Shown here: piece by piece, positions 52,012 to 63,816 of the stretch | How the letters are laid out: the number at the start of each line of letters is the position of its first letter | Numbering within the stretch: the stretch's first letter is position 1 | Source of the DNA: an uncultured Veillonellaceae bacterium | Lineage (GTDB): Bacteria > Bacillota > Negativicutes > JARBTT01 | Reading direction: 5' to 3' | Length of the DNA: 64,000 nucleotides | Assembly: GCA_963805085.1 (NCBI GenBank) | Contig: CAWDTA010000005.1 | Location: 160,001-224,000 of the forward strand | Program-made: the position numbers and the translations under genes | The notes under the pieces: generated by a model | What the model saw: only the letters and a program-made list of their open reading frames with translations | What the model was told of the DNA's origin: nothing | Databases searched by the model: none

Positions 52012-53410
52012 ATGTTAGAGAAAGTCAAATGTTATTGTGATCGAAATGGCTTGATCACAATAGGTGATACAATTTTAATTGCTTGTTCGGGTGGTCCTGA
52101 TTCGTTAGCATTGGTAGATATATTACTTAAATTACAAAAGGTGTATCAATTAAAGCTAGCGGTTGCACATTTTGATCATATGTTTCGTGGTGCAGAGTCA
52201 AAGTCTGATGCTGAATTTGTCGCGGCGTTCTGTCGGGAAAAGAATATCGCTTACTATCAAAAAACGTTTGATGTGCCTGCCTATATAAAAAAGACTGGTT
52301 TTTCACCAGAAGAAGCGGCACGCATTGTACGGTATGAGTTTTTGCGGAGCGTGGCAAAAAAAATAGGTGATGCAAAAATTGCTACAGGACATCATCAGGA
52401 CGATCAAGCAGAAACCGTATTAATTCATTTATTTCGTGGCGCAGGTAGTAGTGGAATTGGTGGAATTCGACCAGTAAGTCGTGGTATAATAAGACCGTTA
52501 TTGTCTGTAACGCGCCAAGAAATTGAAGAATATTGCGAAAATAATCATTTTTCACCGCGAATTGATCGCACAAATTACCAAACGGATTATTTAAGAAATC
52601 GTATTCGATTACAGTTATTGCCTGAATTGATAGAAAACTTTAATCCGGCAATGAAAACTGCACTTTGTAAAAGTGCAGAAATCATTGCGGCCGAGCATGA
52701 TTTTATTCGACAAAGCGTAGAGCGTATCTGGACAGATATTGTTTCTCATGAGGGAGAATCCATTGTTTTTCATAGAGAGAAGTTCAATCAGTTGCATATT
52801 TCACAAAAACGTGAGTTGTTTCGGATGGCAATTGAAAAAAAACAAGGGAATCTTAGAGGAATAAGTTTTAAGCATGTAGAAAAAATGATAGTATTGTCAG
52901 ATAAAGGTTCTGTTGGTACGCAAATCACGTTACCAGGAATTTTAATTTTTAAATGTAACTATCAGCAAATGACGCTTGCGGATTCACAAGCTGGCATAAA
53001 AAAACTTGATTCATTGTATGTGGTGTTAGCGCCTCAAGGTGATACGTATATTCCCGCATTAAAAGCGACAGTGCAAGTAGAATTGACCGATTCTTTTATA
53101 AAACATGCTGATCAAAATAGTCTATTCTTTGATTTTGATCAATTGGTACCACCATTATTTATAAGATATCGCCAAGCTGGCGAATCGTTTTCGTCCGAGT
53201 GGTATGGCGGGTAGTAAAAAGTTAAAAGATTTCTTTATTGATTATAAGCTGGAACGGCAAAAACGTGATATTGTGCCACTACTTTGTGATCAGCAGGGAA
53301 TTCTTTGGGTGATTGGGTATCGTCAAAGTGAATACGGGAAAGCCTCGGAAAAAACAAAAAAGTGTTTGCAAGTTTCAATAAGGAAAGATGAAAAGTCAAA
53401 AGGAGTATAG
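52012..53410 (+). CDS. tilS: tRNA(Ile)-lysidine synthase, split by a +1 frameshift near 53183
   Basis: [38 protein letters not shown]. Removing one A restores [21 protein letters not shown] and joins ORF 53204-53410. Confidence 0.9.
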
Positions 53411-53416
53411 GTTGTA

Positions 53417-53953
53417 ATGATTAATGATATAGAAAAAGTTTTTTTTAGTGAAGAAGAAATAGCTAAATGTGTAAAAGAATTGGGAAAAAAAATCACCGAA
53501 GACTACGCAGGCAAAGAGATTACGTTAGTATGTATTTTAAAAGGGTCGATGATTTTTACGGCAGATTTAGCACGTCAAATCAAAATACCGGCAGCGATTG
53601 ATTTTATGGTAGCATCTAGCTATGGTACGGGTACATCTACAAGTGGTAATGTACGTATTTTAAAAGATTTAGATCATAGCATTGAGGGCAAACATGTTAT
53701 CGTTGTAGAAGATATTATTGATTCAGGAGTTACTTTGAACTATTTATTGAAAAATTTATCTGATCGTAATCCAGAAAGTTTAAAATTATGTACGCTTCTT
53801 AGTAAACCAGAGCGTCGTAAGGTAGAAGTTTCTGTTGATTATATCGGTAAAATCGTACCAGATTATTTTCTAGTTGGTTATGGATTAGATTATGCAGAAA
53901 AATATCGCAATTTACCATTCATTGGAATCTTAAAATCATCAGTTTATGAGTAA
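53417..53953 (+). CDS. hpt: Hypoxanthine phosphoribosyltransferase
   Basis: ILKGS, SSYG, VEDIIDSGVTL, VGYGLDYAEKYRNLP. Confidence 0.97.
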   Translation: MINDIEKVFFSEEEIAKCVKELGKKITEDYAGKEITLVCILKGSMIFTADLARQIKIPAAIDFMVASSYGTGTSTSGNVRILKDLDHSIEGKHVIVVEDIIDSGVTLNYLLKNLSDRNPESLKLCTLLSKPERRKVEVSVDYIGKIVPDYFLVGYGLDYAEKYRNLPFIGILKSSVYE

Positions 53954-54028
53954 TAAGATTTATTGTTAATGATAGCATAAAATCGTAGCTTAACAGTTAT
54001 AATGTTAATGATAAAAAGTGTTGATAGA

Positions 54029-54181
54029 GTGTTTTTAAAAAAAACACAACCATAAAATTCAAGAGACTGTTACAAGATGCCCAAATGCTAGGCGCGACGA
54101 GAATGCGAGCGAGGGCGTACGTGTAGTACGTTGAGCGAGTGCTCGCAGGAGCCGCAGATGGGTATTTTGTAACAAGTCTCT
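54029..54181 (+). repeat. Structured interspersed repeat / MITE-like element, copy 2
   Basis: AGAGACTGTTACAAGATGCCCA (54062-54083) / TGGGTATTTTGTAACAAGTCTCT (54159-54181); same 5' extension as copy 1. Confidence 0.85.
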
Positions 54182-54296
54182 AATATTTAAGCGATATCGT
54201 GTTGCTGTGATTGTTAAATGCAATTTTTGATGATATAATAGTTTCCTATGGAGACTTATATTTACTATGTGTTCCACGGAGAGGGAGGGCGACTGA

Positions 54297-56252
54297 TTGA
54301 ACAAGTTTTTACGAAATGTAGGCTTCTACTTATTGATTATATTGATAGCAATTTCTGTTATTGATTACTTTTCAACGAGAAGCAATACAAAGCAAGAGAT
54401 AAATTACACCGAGTTCTTGCGTCAGGTAGATATGCAAGGTGTAGAAAAAGTAACGATTGTTGATAATGTGATTAAAGGTACCTTAACAGATGGTACAGAG
54501 TTTATGACTGTGACACCTGATGATCCAACATTAATTGGTACTCTTAGAGATAAAGGTGTAAATATTAAGGCAGAAAAAACTCCTGAACCACCATGGTGGA
54601 CGACAATTTTCTCCTCAGTTTTACCAATGGTTCTTTTGATTGGTGTGTGGTTTTTTATCATGCAACAATCGCAAGGCGGTGGCAATCGTGTCATGTCATT
54701 TGGTAAAAGTCGTGCGAAGTTAAATAATGATGATAAAGTCAAAGTGTCTTTTAAAGATGTAGCTGGTGCAGATGAAGCCAAGCAAGAACTCGAAGAAGTA
54801 GTAGAATTTTTAAAACATCCTAAAAAATTCAATGACTTAGGTGCGCGTATTCCAAAAGGCGTATTGTTATATGGCCCACCGGGTACAGGGAAGACTTTGC
54901 TTGCCAAAGCTGTTGCTGGTGAAGCTGGTGTACCGTTTTTTAGTATCAGTGGTTCTGATTTCGTAGAAATGTTTGTTGGTGTTGGTGCATCGCGTGTGCG
55001 TGATTTGTTTGAACAAGCGAAGAAAAATGCGCCTTGTATCGTATTTATCGATGAAATTGATGCAGTAGGGCGTCAACGTGGTGCTGGTGTTGGTGGCGGT
55101 CATGATGAACGCGAACAAACACTGAACCAGTTGCTTGTGGAAATGGATGGTTTCGCGGCAAATGAAGGGATTATTATTATTGCAGCGACCAATCGCCCAG
55201 ATATATTAGATCCAGCACTTTTAAGACCTGGTCGTTTCGATCGACAAATTGTTGTCGATAAGCCAGACGTAAAAGGCCGTAATGCAATTCTTCAAGTTCA
55301 CACCAAAGGTAAGCCGGTTGCGGAAGATGCGAATCTTGATATTTTAGCAAGACGTACACCTGGATTTACTGGAGCTGATTTAAGTAATTTGGTAAATGAA
55401 GCTGCTTTACTTTCCGCGCGTCGTAATAAGAAAAAAATTGCGATGGCTGAACTAGAGGAATCAATAGAACGTGTTATGGCAGGTCCGGAACGAAAGAGCA
55501 AGGTAATGAGTGATAAAGAAAAACGTCTTACAGCCTATCATGAAGCTGGTCATACGCTAGTTGGGATGCTCATTCCACATGCAGATCCCGTGCATAAAGT
55601 TACAATTATTCCACGTGGCCGTGCTGGTGGGTATACCTTGATGTTACCAACAGAAGATCGTTCTTATGCTACCAGAAGTGAATTGTTAGCACAATTGAAA
55701 GTTGCTCTTGGTGGTCGTGTTGCTGAGGAAGTTGTGTTAAACGAAATTAGTACTGGTGCGCAAAGTGATATTCAAAGAGCTTCCAGCTTAGTTCGTGGCA
55801 TGATCACAGAATATGGTATGAGTGAAGTTCTTGGACCAATTGCTTTTGGTAAAGGTCATGGTCATCAAGTGTTCTTAGGGAGAGATATTAATAGCGAGAA
55901 AAATTATAGTGAAGAAGTGGCTTGTGAAATAGATAAAGAAGTAAGCAAGTATATTAAGACTTCCTATGATGAATGTCGTGATTTATTAACTGCAAACATT
56001 GATAAGTTGCATTTAATTGCTAAAGAGTTATTAGAACGTGAAACATTAGAAGCTGCTGAGTTAAAGCAATTAATGGAAGTTGGTCGCATTGAAGAAAAAA
56101 GTAAAGCGAAATTGGAAGCAAAAGTAGAAACTGCTGATAGTGAAGAAACATCGGAAGTTATGGCTCCAGTCAATAATGCCATTGATATTACGATCAGTAG
56201 TGATGCCGATAATACAAACGGTCCTAAAATTAATTATATTACAAGAAAATAA
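54297..56252 (+). CDS. ftsH: ATP-dependent zinc metalloprotease FtsH
   Basis: [21 protein letters not shown] motif, AYHEAGH; terminator at 56301-56338. Confidence 0.98.
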   Translation: MNKFLRNVGFYLLIILIAISVIDYFSTRSNTKQEINYTEFLRQVDMQGVEKVTIVDNVIKGTLTDGTEFMTVTPDDPTLIGTLRDKGVNIKAEKTPEPPWWTTIFSSVLPMVLLIGVWFFIMQQSQGGGNRVMSFGKSRAKLNNDDKVKVSFKDVAGADEAKQELEEVVEFLKHPKKFNDLGARIPKGVLLYGPPGTGKTLLAKAVAGEAGVPFFSISGSDFVEMFVGVGASRVRDLFEQAKKNAPCIVFIDEIDAVGRQRGAGVGGGHDEREQTLNQLLVEMDGFAANEGIIIIAATNRPDILDPALLRPGRFDRQIVVDKPDVKGRNAILQVHTKGKPVAEDANLDILARRTPGFTGADLSNLVNEAALLSARRNKKKIAMAELEESIERVMAGPERKSKVMSDKEKRLTAYHEAGHTLVGMLIPHADPVHKVTIIPRGRAGGYTLMLPTEDRSYATRSELLAQLKVALGGRVAEEVVLNEISTGAQSDIQRASSLVRGMITEYGMSEVLGPIAFGKGHGHQVFLGRDINSEKNYSEEVACEIDKEVSKYIKTSYDECRDLLTANIDKLHLIAKELLERETLEAAELKQLMEVGRIEEKSKAKLEAKVETADSEETSEVMAPVNNAIDITISSDADNTNGPKINYITRK

Positions 56253-56557
56253 GATAAGTAAAAAGTCTGTGATTAGGTTCTTTTACTTTGAAGATTAAAC
56301 AAAATGGTACTTTGCGTTAAGCGCAAAGTACCATTTTTGATATATATGTCCTAGGTACATAAAATGAATATTTAGTAGAAATTCAACGATAATAGCAGCA
56401 TGTGTATTATTCCAAATGCTACAATATAGAACAAATTACCTAGGTTATTTTGCAGGAAAGTATTGGATATTGTCGAATTCATTTATTAGTTATAGTAAAA
56501 AAATTACGCATTTAATATTTTAAAATAATGAATTGGAAAATAAAAGGAGTTTTTAAA

Positions 56558-58279
56558 ATGAATTGGTTAAATGATTTAAAAGTAGGACAAAAATTAATTG
56601 TATTAATTGTGGTATTTATTATTGGCCTTGTTGGTGTTGGGATGACGGGGTTCTATTATTTAAATAAAACAAGTAATGACATGGATAAAATGTATTCGGA
56701 AAAACTAATCGCTGTTGAATTAATGAGTGAAAATCGTATTGAAGCAGCTAAGATTGAAAGTGATTTTTTTGCTTTAATGGTTAGTGTGGATGAAAAGGAA
56801 AATCAAAGATTAAATGAGGATCTAACGAAGAGAGCAAAGCTTTTTGATGAGAATCTCACGCAGTATGAAAAATTCCCATTAGATGCTGGTTCAAAAGAAA
56901 ATGTGAAAACATTACGAGATAATCTAGGACAATATCGTCAAATTAGAGTAAAAGTTCTGAATTTAGCAATGCAAAATAAAAATGTTGAAGCTTATGAGTT
57001 ATACATGAAAGAGGCAAAACCACTAGCAGAGAAGTTTACAAAAAATTTAATTGATATGACCGATCATGCAAAAAAAGCAGCGGAAGATATGAATGTGCAG
57101 AGTGAGAAAAGTGTTGCAGATGCGATTATGATTTTCATTGCTATTATTTTAGTTTCAATTATTATTGGTACGTTACTTGGTTGGACTATTATGAAGCGCA
57201 TTACCACCCGCTTAACTCAAGCAGTCAATTTTCTAGGTGAAATTGCCGAGGGCGATTTTTCTGGGAATGTTCCTGATGAAAGCATGCATGATAAAAGTGA
57301 ATTTGGGACATTGTCACAAGCTGTTGATAAAATGAATAAAAATATTAGAGCTCTCATTAAACAAATGTCTAATACCTCCGAACAATTAGCATCGGCATCA
57401 GAGGAGTTAACGGCAAGTGCTGAGCAATCCGCACAGGCAGCAAATCAAGTCGCTGGTTCTATTACAGAGGTTGCCAGTGGAGCAGAAAATCAACTTCGGT
57501 TGGCTAATTCGGCAAATGATATTGTGGAGCAAATGTCTAAAGGAATTGGTCAAGTTGCAGAAAATACAATGGTGGTTTCGAATTCAGCAGAGCAAACTGC
57601 GGTTTCCGCTAATGATGGTGAAAAAGCAGTAGAAAAAGCAGTGAAACAAATGCAGGTTATTGAACAAAAAACGAATGCGACGGCTAATGTTATCGGTGAA
57701 TTAGAGGAAAAATCAAAAGAAATTGGACAAATTGTTGAAGTGATTGCGAGCATTGCAGCGCAGACGAATTTATTGGCATTAAATGCTGCGATTGAAGCGG
57801 CAAGAGCTGGTGAAGCTGGCCGAGGATTTGCTGTCGTGGCTGAAGAAGTTCGTAAGCTTGCGGAACAATCTGAGAACGCAGCAAAGCAAATAACAGATTT
57901 AATTAGCCAGGTACAAGATAAGACCAATAGTGCAGTTTCCTTTATGAAGGAAGGAAAAAAAGAAGTGGATACGGGTGCTGAAGTCGTTAATGTAGCAGGA
58001 CAGAGTTTCGGTGAAATCTTGGATATGATTCGAAAAATCTCCGATCAAATTCATGAAATATCTGCGGCTAGTGAGCAAATTACAAGTGGAACCAATGATG
58101 TTGTTGTTGCTGTACAGAATATCAATAATGAAAACAAGAAGGCGGCAGAGCAGACACAAACAATTTCAGCGGCTACAGAAGAACAATCTGCATCTATGGA
58201 AGAAATTGCATCATCGAGTCAACATTTGGCTAAGATGGCAGAAGATTTGCAAGGAGCCATTAGAAAATTTAAAGTTTAA
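56558..58279 (+). CDS. Methyl-accepting chemotaxis protein (four-helix-bundle sensor)
   Basis: Two TM helices, [38 protein letters not shown]; ATG 56558 after AAGGAG. Confidence 0.95.
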   Translation: MNWLNDLKVGQKLIVLIVVFIIGLVGVGMTGFYYLNKTSNDMDKMYSEKLIAVELMSENRIEAAKIESDFFALMVSVDEKENQRLNEDLTKRAKLFDENLTQYEKFPLDAGSKENVKTLRDNLGQYRQIRVKVLNLAMQNKNVEAYELYMKEAKPLAEKFTKNLIDMTDHAKKAAEDMNVQSEKSVADAIMIFIAIILVSIIIGTLLGWTIMKRITTRLTQAVNFLGEIAEGDFSGNVPDESMHDKSEFGTLSQAVDKMNKNIRALIKQMSNTSEQLASASEELTASAEQSAQAANQVAGSITEVASGAENQLRLANSANDIVEQMSKGIGQVAENTMVVSNSAEQTAVSANDGEKAVEKAVKQMQVIEQKTNATANVIGELEEKSKEIGQIVEVIASIAAQTNLLALNAAIEAARAGEAGRGFAVVAEEVRKLAEQSENAAKQITDLISQVQDKTNSAVSFMKEGKKEVDTGAEVVNVAGQSFGEILDMIRKISDQIHEISAASEQITSGTNDVVVAVQNINNENKKAAEQTQTISAATEEQSASMEEIASSSQHLAKMAEDLQGAIRKFKV

Positions 58280-58497
58280 TATCAATTAATATACGGAATT
58301 TATAGGAAAACAAGATAGTAATGCGCAAGAATTTCCTTATCGAATGCTTGTGGATTTTTATTGAAAAATATTTAATATCTTTTATAATAAAATTAGCGAG
58401 TTTTTGAAAAAAATATGGTGAATTGATTTACTGTGATGACAAATATAAAAGTTTAGTTGGGAAATACTAAGATGATTTAGAAAGTATAGGTGATCAA

Positions 58498-59493
58498 ATG
58501 AGTGAAATATTGCTGAATTATACACGGGCGGGAAAGATAGAAAGTGTCCATCGTGGTGACATCGTTGCTGTAGATAATAAAGGGAAGATTATTGATTGTG
58601 TTGGTGAAGCATATAAAAAAATGTTTTGGCGTTCAGCAGCAAAACCATTTCAAGCATTACCATTTGTTGAAAAAAATGGTTTGGAAAAATACGGAATAAC
58701 ACAAAAAGAATTGGCATTACTCGTATCTTCCCACAGCGGTGAGCCAATGCATGTTGACTTAGTGAAGAGTGTACTTGGCAAAATCAATTTAGATGTGAGT
58801 GTCCTTGATTGTGGTCCTAGCAGACCAATGAGTAGTAAAGCAGCAAAGGTGTTAACGGAGAACAAACAGAAACCAGAAGCTGTACATAATGCTTGTTCTG
58901 GTAAGCACTCTGGTATGCTTGCACTCTGTCAAATGCTTGGAATTCCTATTGAAGGGTATACGAAACCAGATCATGAAGTGCAGAGGCAAATGCATCAATC
59001 TGTGGCGCATAGCGCAAACATAAGTCCAGATGAACTTGAAATCGGTATCGATGGCTGTGGTGTTCCCGTATTTTATTTACCGCTTTATCATATGTCGCTT
59101 GCTTATGCAAGACTGTCTAACCCCGAGGCTGGTAATTGGGGACGCTATGAAACAGCAGCAACGACCATTCGTGATGCGATGATTGCTTATCCAGAGATAC
59201 TTGGTGGGACTGGTAGAATTGATACGATTGTAGCTAATATAACGAAGGGGCGCATCATTGCCAAAATTGGTGCAGAGGCAGTATATTGCTTGGCCTCGGT
59301 TGCTGCTGGTGTTGGTATTACATTTAAAATTGAAGATGGTAGCTATAGAGCGATTAATCCAACTGTCATCGGGGTATTAAAACGCTTGGATTTAATTAGT
59401 AAATCAGAATATGAGCAGCTTGTTGAAAAATTTCCGCCAATTCTAAAAAATCATCGTGGTGATGTGATTGGTACAATTGAAACAATTTTTTAG
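58498..59493 (+). CDS. Asparaginase II (Rhizobium AnsA-type) family protein
   Basis: ES.H.G, RSAAKPFQA, SHSGE..H, NACSGKH.GML, DGCG.P, AK.GAE. Confidence 0.88.
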   Translation: MSEILLNYTRAGKIESVHRGDIVAVDNKGKIIDCVGEAYKKMFWRSAAKPFQALPFVEKNGLEKYGITQKELALLVSSHSGEPMHVDLVKSVLGKINLDVSVLDCGPSRPMSSKAAKVLTENKQKPEAVHNACSGKHSGMLALCQMLGIPIEGYTKPDHEVQRQMHQSVAHSANISPDELEIGIDGCGVPVFYLPLYHMSLAYARLSNPEAGNWGRYETAATTIRDAMIAYPEILGGTGRIDTIVANITKGRIIAKIGAEAVYCLASVAAGVGITFKIEDGSYRAINPTVIGVLKRLDLISKSEYEQLVEKFPPILKNHRGDVIGTIETIF

Positions 59494-59500
59494 TACAACG

Positions 59501-59575
59501 AAAAGATACACATAGAAAAAAATACCTCGTAAGTGAAACAATCACTTACGAGGTATTCTTCTATGTGTATCTTTT
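59501..59575. terminator. Bidirectional terminator, 33-bp stem
   Basis: Perfect 17-bp and 16-bp arms around an internal loop, between convergent genes. Confidence 0.85.
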
Positions 59576-60351
59576 TATTGAGGAGTTGGTTCATTGTTAG
59601 GAGCCATTTGGGTCATATTGCCGTCTACTCGGCAATGCTTAAATTCTAGACCGTCACCATGATGACCATGATTTTTCCAAGGAAGACATTTTCTTACAGA
59701 ATCTTGGTATTGGTTGTAATCTTCATCGCTTATACCAAGTGCAGTAGCGACATCTGACCAACGATTGTTGATTTTTTTCATATTGAGTATTTCATCAGTG
59801 GTTTTATCGGTGTGCTTTGATAGTGTAACGGCCATGGCAGTATCACGTGGATGGTAGCCTTGAGATAAGAAAGAGTTTATTACATCTGAATTAACTCCAA
59901 GAGTAGTTGCCATTTTCTTACTCATCATAGTTTGCAATACAGTGTGAATTTTTTCTTTGGTTACACCAAAGGATTCGCCAACGTCTTTCCAATCATTTGT
60001 CATTGTTTTAGCATTTAAAATATCGCTGATTGGTTTTTCACTTGCATAAGCAATGAGGGCAGCGTTATGTAAATCATGCATTTTCCAGCCTTGCTTATTA
60101 TAATCTAGAATCACTTGTTTATCGATACCAAAAGAGTCTTGAATGTTTTGTGCCATGACTTCAGGATTGAAATTAGGTCTTTGATATTGCTCGTGGTGTT
60201 GAACTTGCTGTGTTGCAGCAATAGCTACTGACTGTGGCATCTGGGTTATGCCAATGCCTGTTACAATGAAAGCGCCAGCAAGTGCTAAAACAATAGCTTT
60301 TTTCGCTAGAACCTTGGATTTGAATGATTGTAATTGATTTTCTAAGTTCAT
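59575..60351 (-). CDS. Exported hypothetical protein with two ~70-aa internal repeats
   Basis: N-terminal signal/TM; two repeats each ending W.DV...(F/L)G(V/I); QHHE and HGHHG motifs; ATG 60351 after GGAGG. Confidence 0.75.
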   Translation of the reverse strand: MNLENQLQSFKSKVLAKKAIVLALAGAFIVTGIGITQMPQSVAIAATQQVQHHEQYQRPNFNPEVMAQNIQDSFGIDKQVILDYNKQGWKMHDLHNAALIAYASEKPISDILNAKTMTNDWKDVGESFGVTKEKIHTVLQTMMSKKMATTLGVNSDVINSFLSQGYHPRDTAMAVTLSKHTDKTTDEILNMKKINNRWSDVATALGISDEDYNQYQDSVRKCLPWKNHGHHGDGLEFKHCRVDGNMTQMAPNNEPTPQ

Positions 60352-60408
60352 GAAAAAAACCTCCATTATATATAGTTTTAACTCACAGCTGTTTGAGTTG
60401 TTAACTTT

Positions 60409-60441
60409 AGTATAATAGGATTTTGTGACAGCAATATGACA
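60409..60441 (-). promoter_or_regulatory. OmpR-type binding site plus -10
   Basis: Minus strand TGTCAT-N5-TGTCAC-N10-TATACT. Confidence 0.65.
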
Positions 60442-60457
60442 AGAATAAGAAATTGTA

Positions 60458-61918
60458 TTAACTCTTGGGCAAGGTTAGCAAAAAAGTTGTCTTCGTATAG
60501 GGAATACTTGTAACTGTAATTGTACCTGCCATACCTTCGACTAACTGTTGGGTAATCGCCAGCCCGAGTCCCGTTCCTCCTTCACTACGAGAGCGAGCTC
60601 TGTCTACGCGGTAGAAACGATCCCAAATGAAGGGCAAATGTTCGGCAGGAATACCTTCGCCGTGATCAATCACTGCAATTGTAATGGTATTCATATAGTC
60701 GACTAATTTTATTGTAATAATTGCATCCTTTAAAGAATGGCGAATCGCATTACTGATAAGATTTGTGAGGATTTGTTCAAGGCGATTGGGGTCGGTATGC
60801 ATTGTCTTGAGTTCTGGTGGGGAATCAATGATTAAAGAAAGATTTTTCGTGCGCAGTAAGGGCGTATATTTTTCCTTCATACTTGTAAAGAAGTCCAAAA
60901 GGTCAATGGTCTGATAGTGAAAACTAAGTTGTCCAGATTCAAGTTTTTCTAAATTCAAAAGTTCACTGATCAGATGATTCATATGGGTGGTTTCATCTAA
61001 AATGGTATTTAGGTAACGATCACGTTTTTCAGCAGTATTAGCAAGTCCGTCAAGTATCGTTTCTGTTAAGGCTTGGATTGCCGCAATTGGTGTTTTTAGT
61101 TCATGGGTAACAGTAGAAAAAAATTCTCGCCTATTTTTTTCAATGCTTTCTAGAGCATTTGCCATGGTATTGAAGGTTTGTCCCAATTTGCCGATTTCGT
61201 CAGTACCTCTAGCTGTTGTGCGACTAGCATAATTGCCATTGGCAAAAGATTGCGCGGCACTACTGATATTGCTGATTGGTTTGGTGAGATTGCGTGATAA
61301 GAAAAAGGCAAAAATCGCTGCCAATGCAAACGAAGCGATAATTGAATAAAACAGTAAATTCTGAATCGCATTTGCTGTTTTTGTAATTCCAAAAATTGGT
61401 GTGTATAAAAATAAAGCAGATTGGTTGGTTGGCGGAAATGGTATTGCTACAACGATGGAAGGATCATCTTCGTCTCGTGCTTTTCGTATCCATGATCTTG
61501 GTTCACCATTTAGTAAATCGTTAGCTATATTGATATTACCCATACGAGGAGATGCAATAGCTGAGTCAGGAGATCCATTCCTATGTTGTTCTTGATTTTT
61601 TTCTTTGTTTTTTTCAAAGCGACGATGCCAATTTGATGGTGCATTACCAATGATCGTATTTTCTTCGGTAACGATCCACATTTTAGCACCAGATAGTTCA
61701 CTAGTTATATCAAGCATTTGGGGAAGTCTGTTTTGCTGATCGAGCATGCTTTCTAAAATTTTGGTTGCGACAATCCCTTCACGAATCAACTCAGTACGTT
61801 TCGCTTCAATGAGATATTCCGTAACGAGATGGGATAATACAATGCCGATGCTAGCGGTAATAATCATAGTAATAATAATATGCGAAGTGAATATTTTGCC
61901 AAATAATGAACGTATCAT
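60458..61918 (-). CDS. Sensor histidine kinase (HAMP-HisKA-HATPase)
   Basis: DEIGKL, VTHELKTP, NLISNAIRH, D.GEGI, RFYRVD, GGTGLGL. Confidence 0.95.
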   Translation of the reverse strand: MIRSLFGKIFTSHIIITMIITASIGIVLSHLVTEYLIEAKRTELIREGIVATKILESMLDQQNRLPQMLDITSELSGAKMWIVTEENTIIGNAPSNWHRRFEKNKEKNQEQHRNGSPDSAIASPRMGNINIANDLLNGEPRSWIRKARDEDDPSIVVAIPFPPTNQSALFLYTPIFGITKTANAIQNLLFYSIIASFALAAIFAFFLSRNLTKPISNISSAAQSFANGNYASRTTARGTDEIGKLGQTFNTMANALESIEKNRREFFSTVTHELKTPIAAIQALTETILDGLANTAEKRDRYLNTILDETTHMNHLISELLNLEKLESGQLSFHYQTIDLLDFFTSMKEKYTPLLRTKNLSLIIDSPPELKTMHTDPNRLEQILTNLISNAIRHSLKDAIITIKLVDYMNTITIAVIDHGEGIPAEHLPFIWDRFYRVDRARSRSEGGTGLGLAITQQLVEGMAGTITVTSIPYTKTTFLLTLPKS

Positions 61919-62592
61919 CTTGGGCTTACCTCAAAACGATAGCCAAACCCTCTAGTCGTATGAATGTATTGAAATTCTGAGATGTTTAGCTTTTGCCGTA
62001 ACCGCTTAATTGTTGCATCGACAGTTCGATCATCACCGTCAAAGTCGTAACCCCATACATTTGTTAGCAATTGCTCACGGGAAAATGTATTTTTGGGATT
62101 TCTAATGAAAAAGGTAAGCAATTCAAACTCTTTTGGTGATAAAGAAACTAGCTGTTCGTCTATTGTAATTGTTTTGTCCGTAATATTGACGATTAATCCT
62201 TCCACACTTATGGTAGGCGTAATTGTTGCTAATAACCCACTTCTTTTTAAGACCGCTTTCACTCTAGCCACCAATTCGCGAGGACTAAATGGTTTTGTAA
62301 TATAATCATCTGCTCCCAGAGAAAACCCGATAATTTTATCATTTTCAGCAGATTTTGCAGTTAGAAAGATTTTTGGCACATTGCGCTCAATTGACTGACA
62401 AATTTCGAGTCCAGAAATTTTTGGTAACATAATGTCGAGTAACAATAAATCTGGACGTTCTTCGCACTCGATTTCCATGGCTTCATCGCCATCTTTTGCA
62501 GTGAAAACAGTAAAGCCTTCTTTTTCTAAATACAGTGCAACAACTTCACGAATCGTTGCCTCGTCGTCGGCGATGAGAATTTTCATCGGCAT
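61915..62592 (-). CDS. OmpR-family response regulator
   Basis: IADDE, LLDIMLP, KPFSPRELVARV, DRTVDATIKRLR; 4-nt overlap with the kinase gene. Confidence 0.95.
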   Translation of the reverse strand: MPMKILIADDEATIREVVALYLEKEGFTVFTAKDGDEAMEIECEERPDLLLLDIMLPKISGLEICQSIERNVPKIFLTAKSAENDKIIGFSLGADDYITKPFSPRELVARVKAVLKRSGLLATITPTISVEGLIVNITDKTITIDEQLVSLSPKEFELLTFFIRNPKNTFSREQLLTNVWGYDFDGDDRTVDATIKRLRQKLNISEFQYIHTTRGFGYRFEVSPR

Positions 62593-62813
62593 GACCTCCT
62601 AACAATTTCATTGTTTCTATTATAATACAAATGCAATCCTTTACTCTACTGAGAAAAATTTTCTATTTTCATTCTAACATAAGTTATTGATAGTCATATA
62701 TGATGAAGCATTAGTAGCTGGTATTAAAAAATGTTTGCTTATCTTAGTGCGATAATGTATTATTAATTTGTTTAAGATTTTTATTCTAGTGCACGCTAGG
62801 GGGGAAATACAAA

Positions 62814-63785
62814 ATGCGGTCTAGTATATTGGAGTTACTTAGAAATGCGTCAGGCTATATCTCCGGCGAAGAAATAGCAAAGAAGATGAATGTGTCGAGG
62901 ACAGCTGTATGGAAGCATATTCGTGAGTTAAAACAAGCAGGGTATGCGATTGAAAGTCATTCACGGAGTGGTTATAGTTTAGTGAAAACTCCAGATTTAT
63001 TACTGCCAAATGAGATAAAATCGGTTCTTAAAACGAAACGTTTAGGTAAGAGCATAAAGCATTTTGATGATCTTGTGTCAACAAATATTGAAGCAAAACA
63101 ATTAGCAGCGAATGGGGCTGAGGAAGGGACTATTGTCGTAAGTGAAGCGCAAAATGGCGGACGCGGTAGACTTTCCAGAGGTTGGTATTCTCCAGCACAT
63201 AAAGGAATTTGGTTTTCTATTATTTTACGTCCAGTCTTGTTACCACAAGATGCTCCCAAATGCACATTAATGGCGGCCGTTGCTATTACAAAAGCAATTG
63301 ATAAAATCACAGGTATTAAATGTGGCATTAAGTGGCCCAATGATATCTTATATGATGGCAAAAAATTGGTGGGCATCTTAACGGAAATGAATGCAGAAAT
63401 GGAAGGCATCAACTATATTGTTATTGGTACAGGGATTAATGTCAACATTGCAAAAGATGAAGTACCGGAAGAATTAAAGGATATTGTGACATCGCTCTCC
63501 CAAATAAAAGGAGAACGTGTAGATAGACTGGGGCTATTAGCTGAAGTCTTGGTTCAGATCGAGGAGATTTATGACGAAGCCCTAACCAATGGGTTTGGCG
63601 GAATCTTTGATCAATGGCGTAAATATTCTATTACTTTAGGACAAGAAGTCAATGTCATTGGCATTAATAAAACCTTTACTGGTCTAGCAATGGATATTGA
63701 TGCAGATGGTGCCTTGCTTGTAAAAACGGGAACAGGAGTTAAGCGTGTTTTAGCTGGAGATGTATCAATTAGACCGAAAATATAA
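62814..63785 (+). CDS. birA: Bifunctional biotin--[acetyl-CoA carboxylase] ligase / repressor
   Basis: HTH SGEE.A....[33 protein letters not shown]. Confidence 0.96.
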   Translation: MRSSILELLRNASGYISGEEIAKKMNVSRTAVWKHIRELKQAGYAIESHSRSGYSLVKTPDLLLPNEIKSVLKTKRLGKSIKHFDDLVSTNIEAKQLAANGAEEGTIVVSEAQNGGRGRLSRGWYSPAHKGIWFSIILRPVLLPQDAPKCTLMAAVAITKAIDKITGIKCGIKWPNDILYDGKKLVGILTEMNAEMEGINYIVIGTGINVNIAKDEVPEELKDIVTSLSQIKGERVDRLGLLAEVLVQIEEIYDEALTNGFGGIFDQWRKYSITLGQEVNVIGINKTFTGLAMDIDADGALLVKTGTGVKRVLAGDVSIRPKI

Positions 63786-63816
63786 TGATGAAGATTACTT
63801 GGAGGAATTTCTAAGC

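Noticed and set aside
21499-54181. Repeats considered as a CRISPR array
   Set aside because: Dispersed copies, no regular repeat-spacer pattern and no cas genes.
54059-54304. 81-aa minus-strand ORF across repeat copy 2
   Set aside because: Not preserved as an ORF in copy 1 and shows no transposase features.
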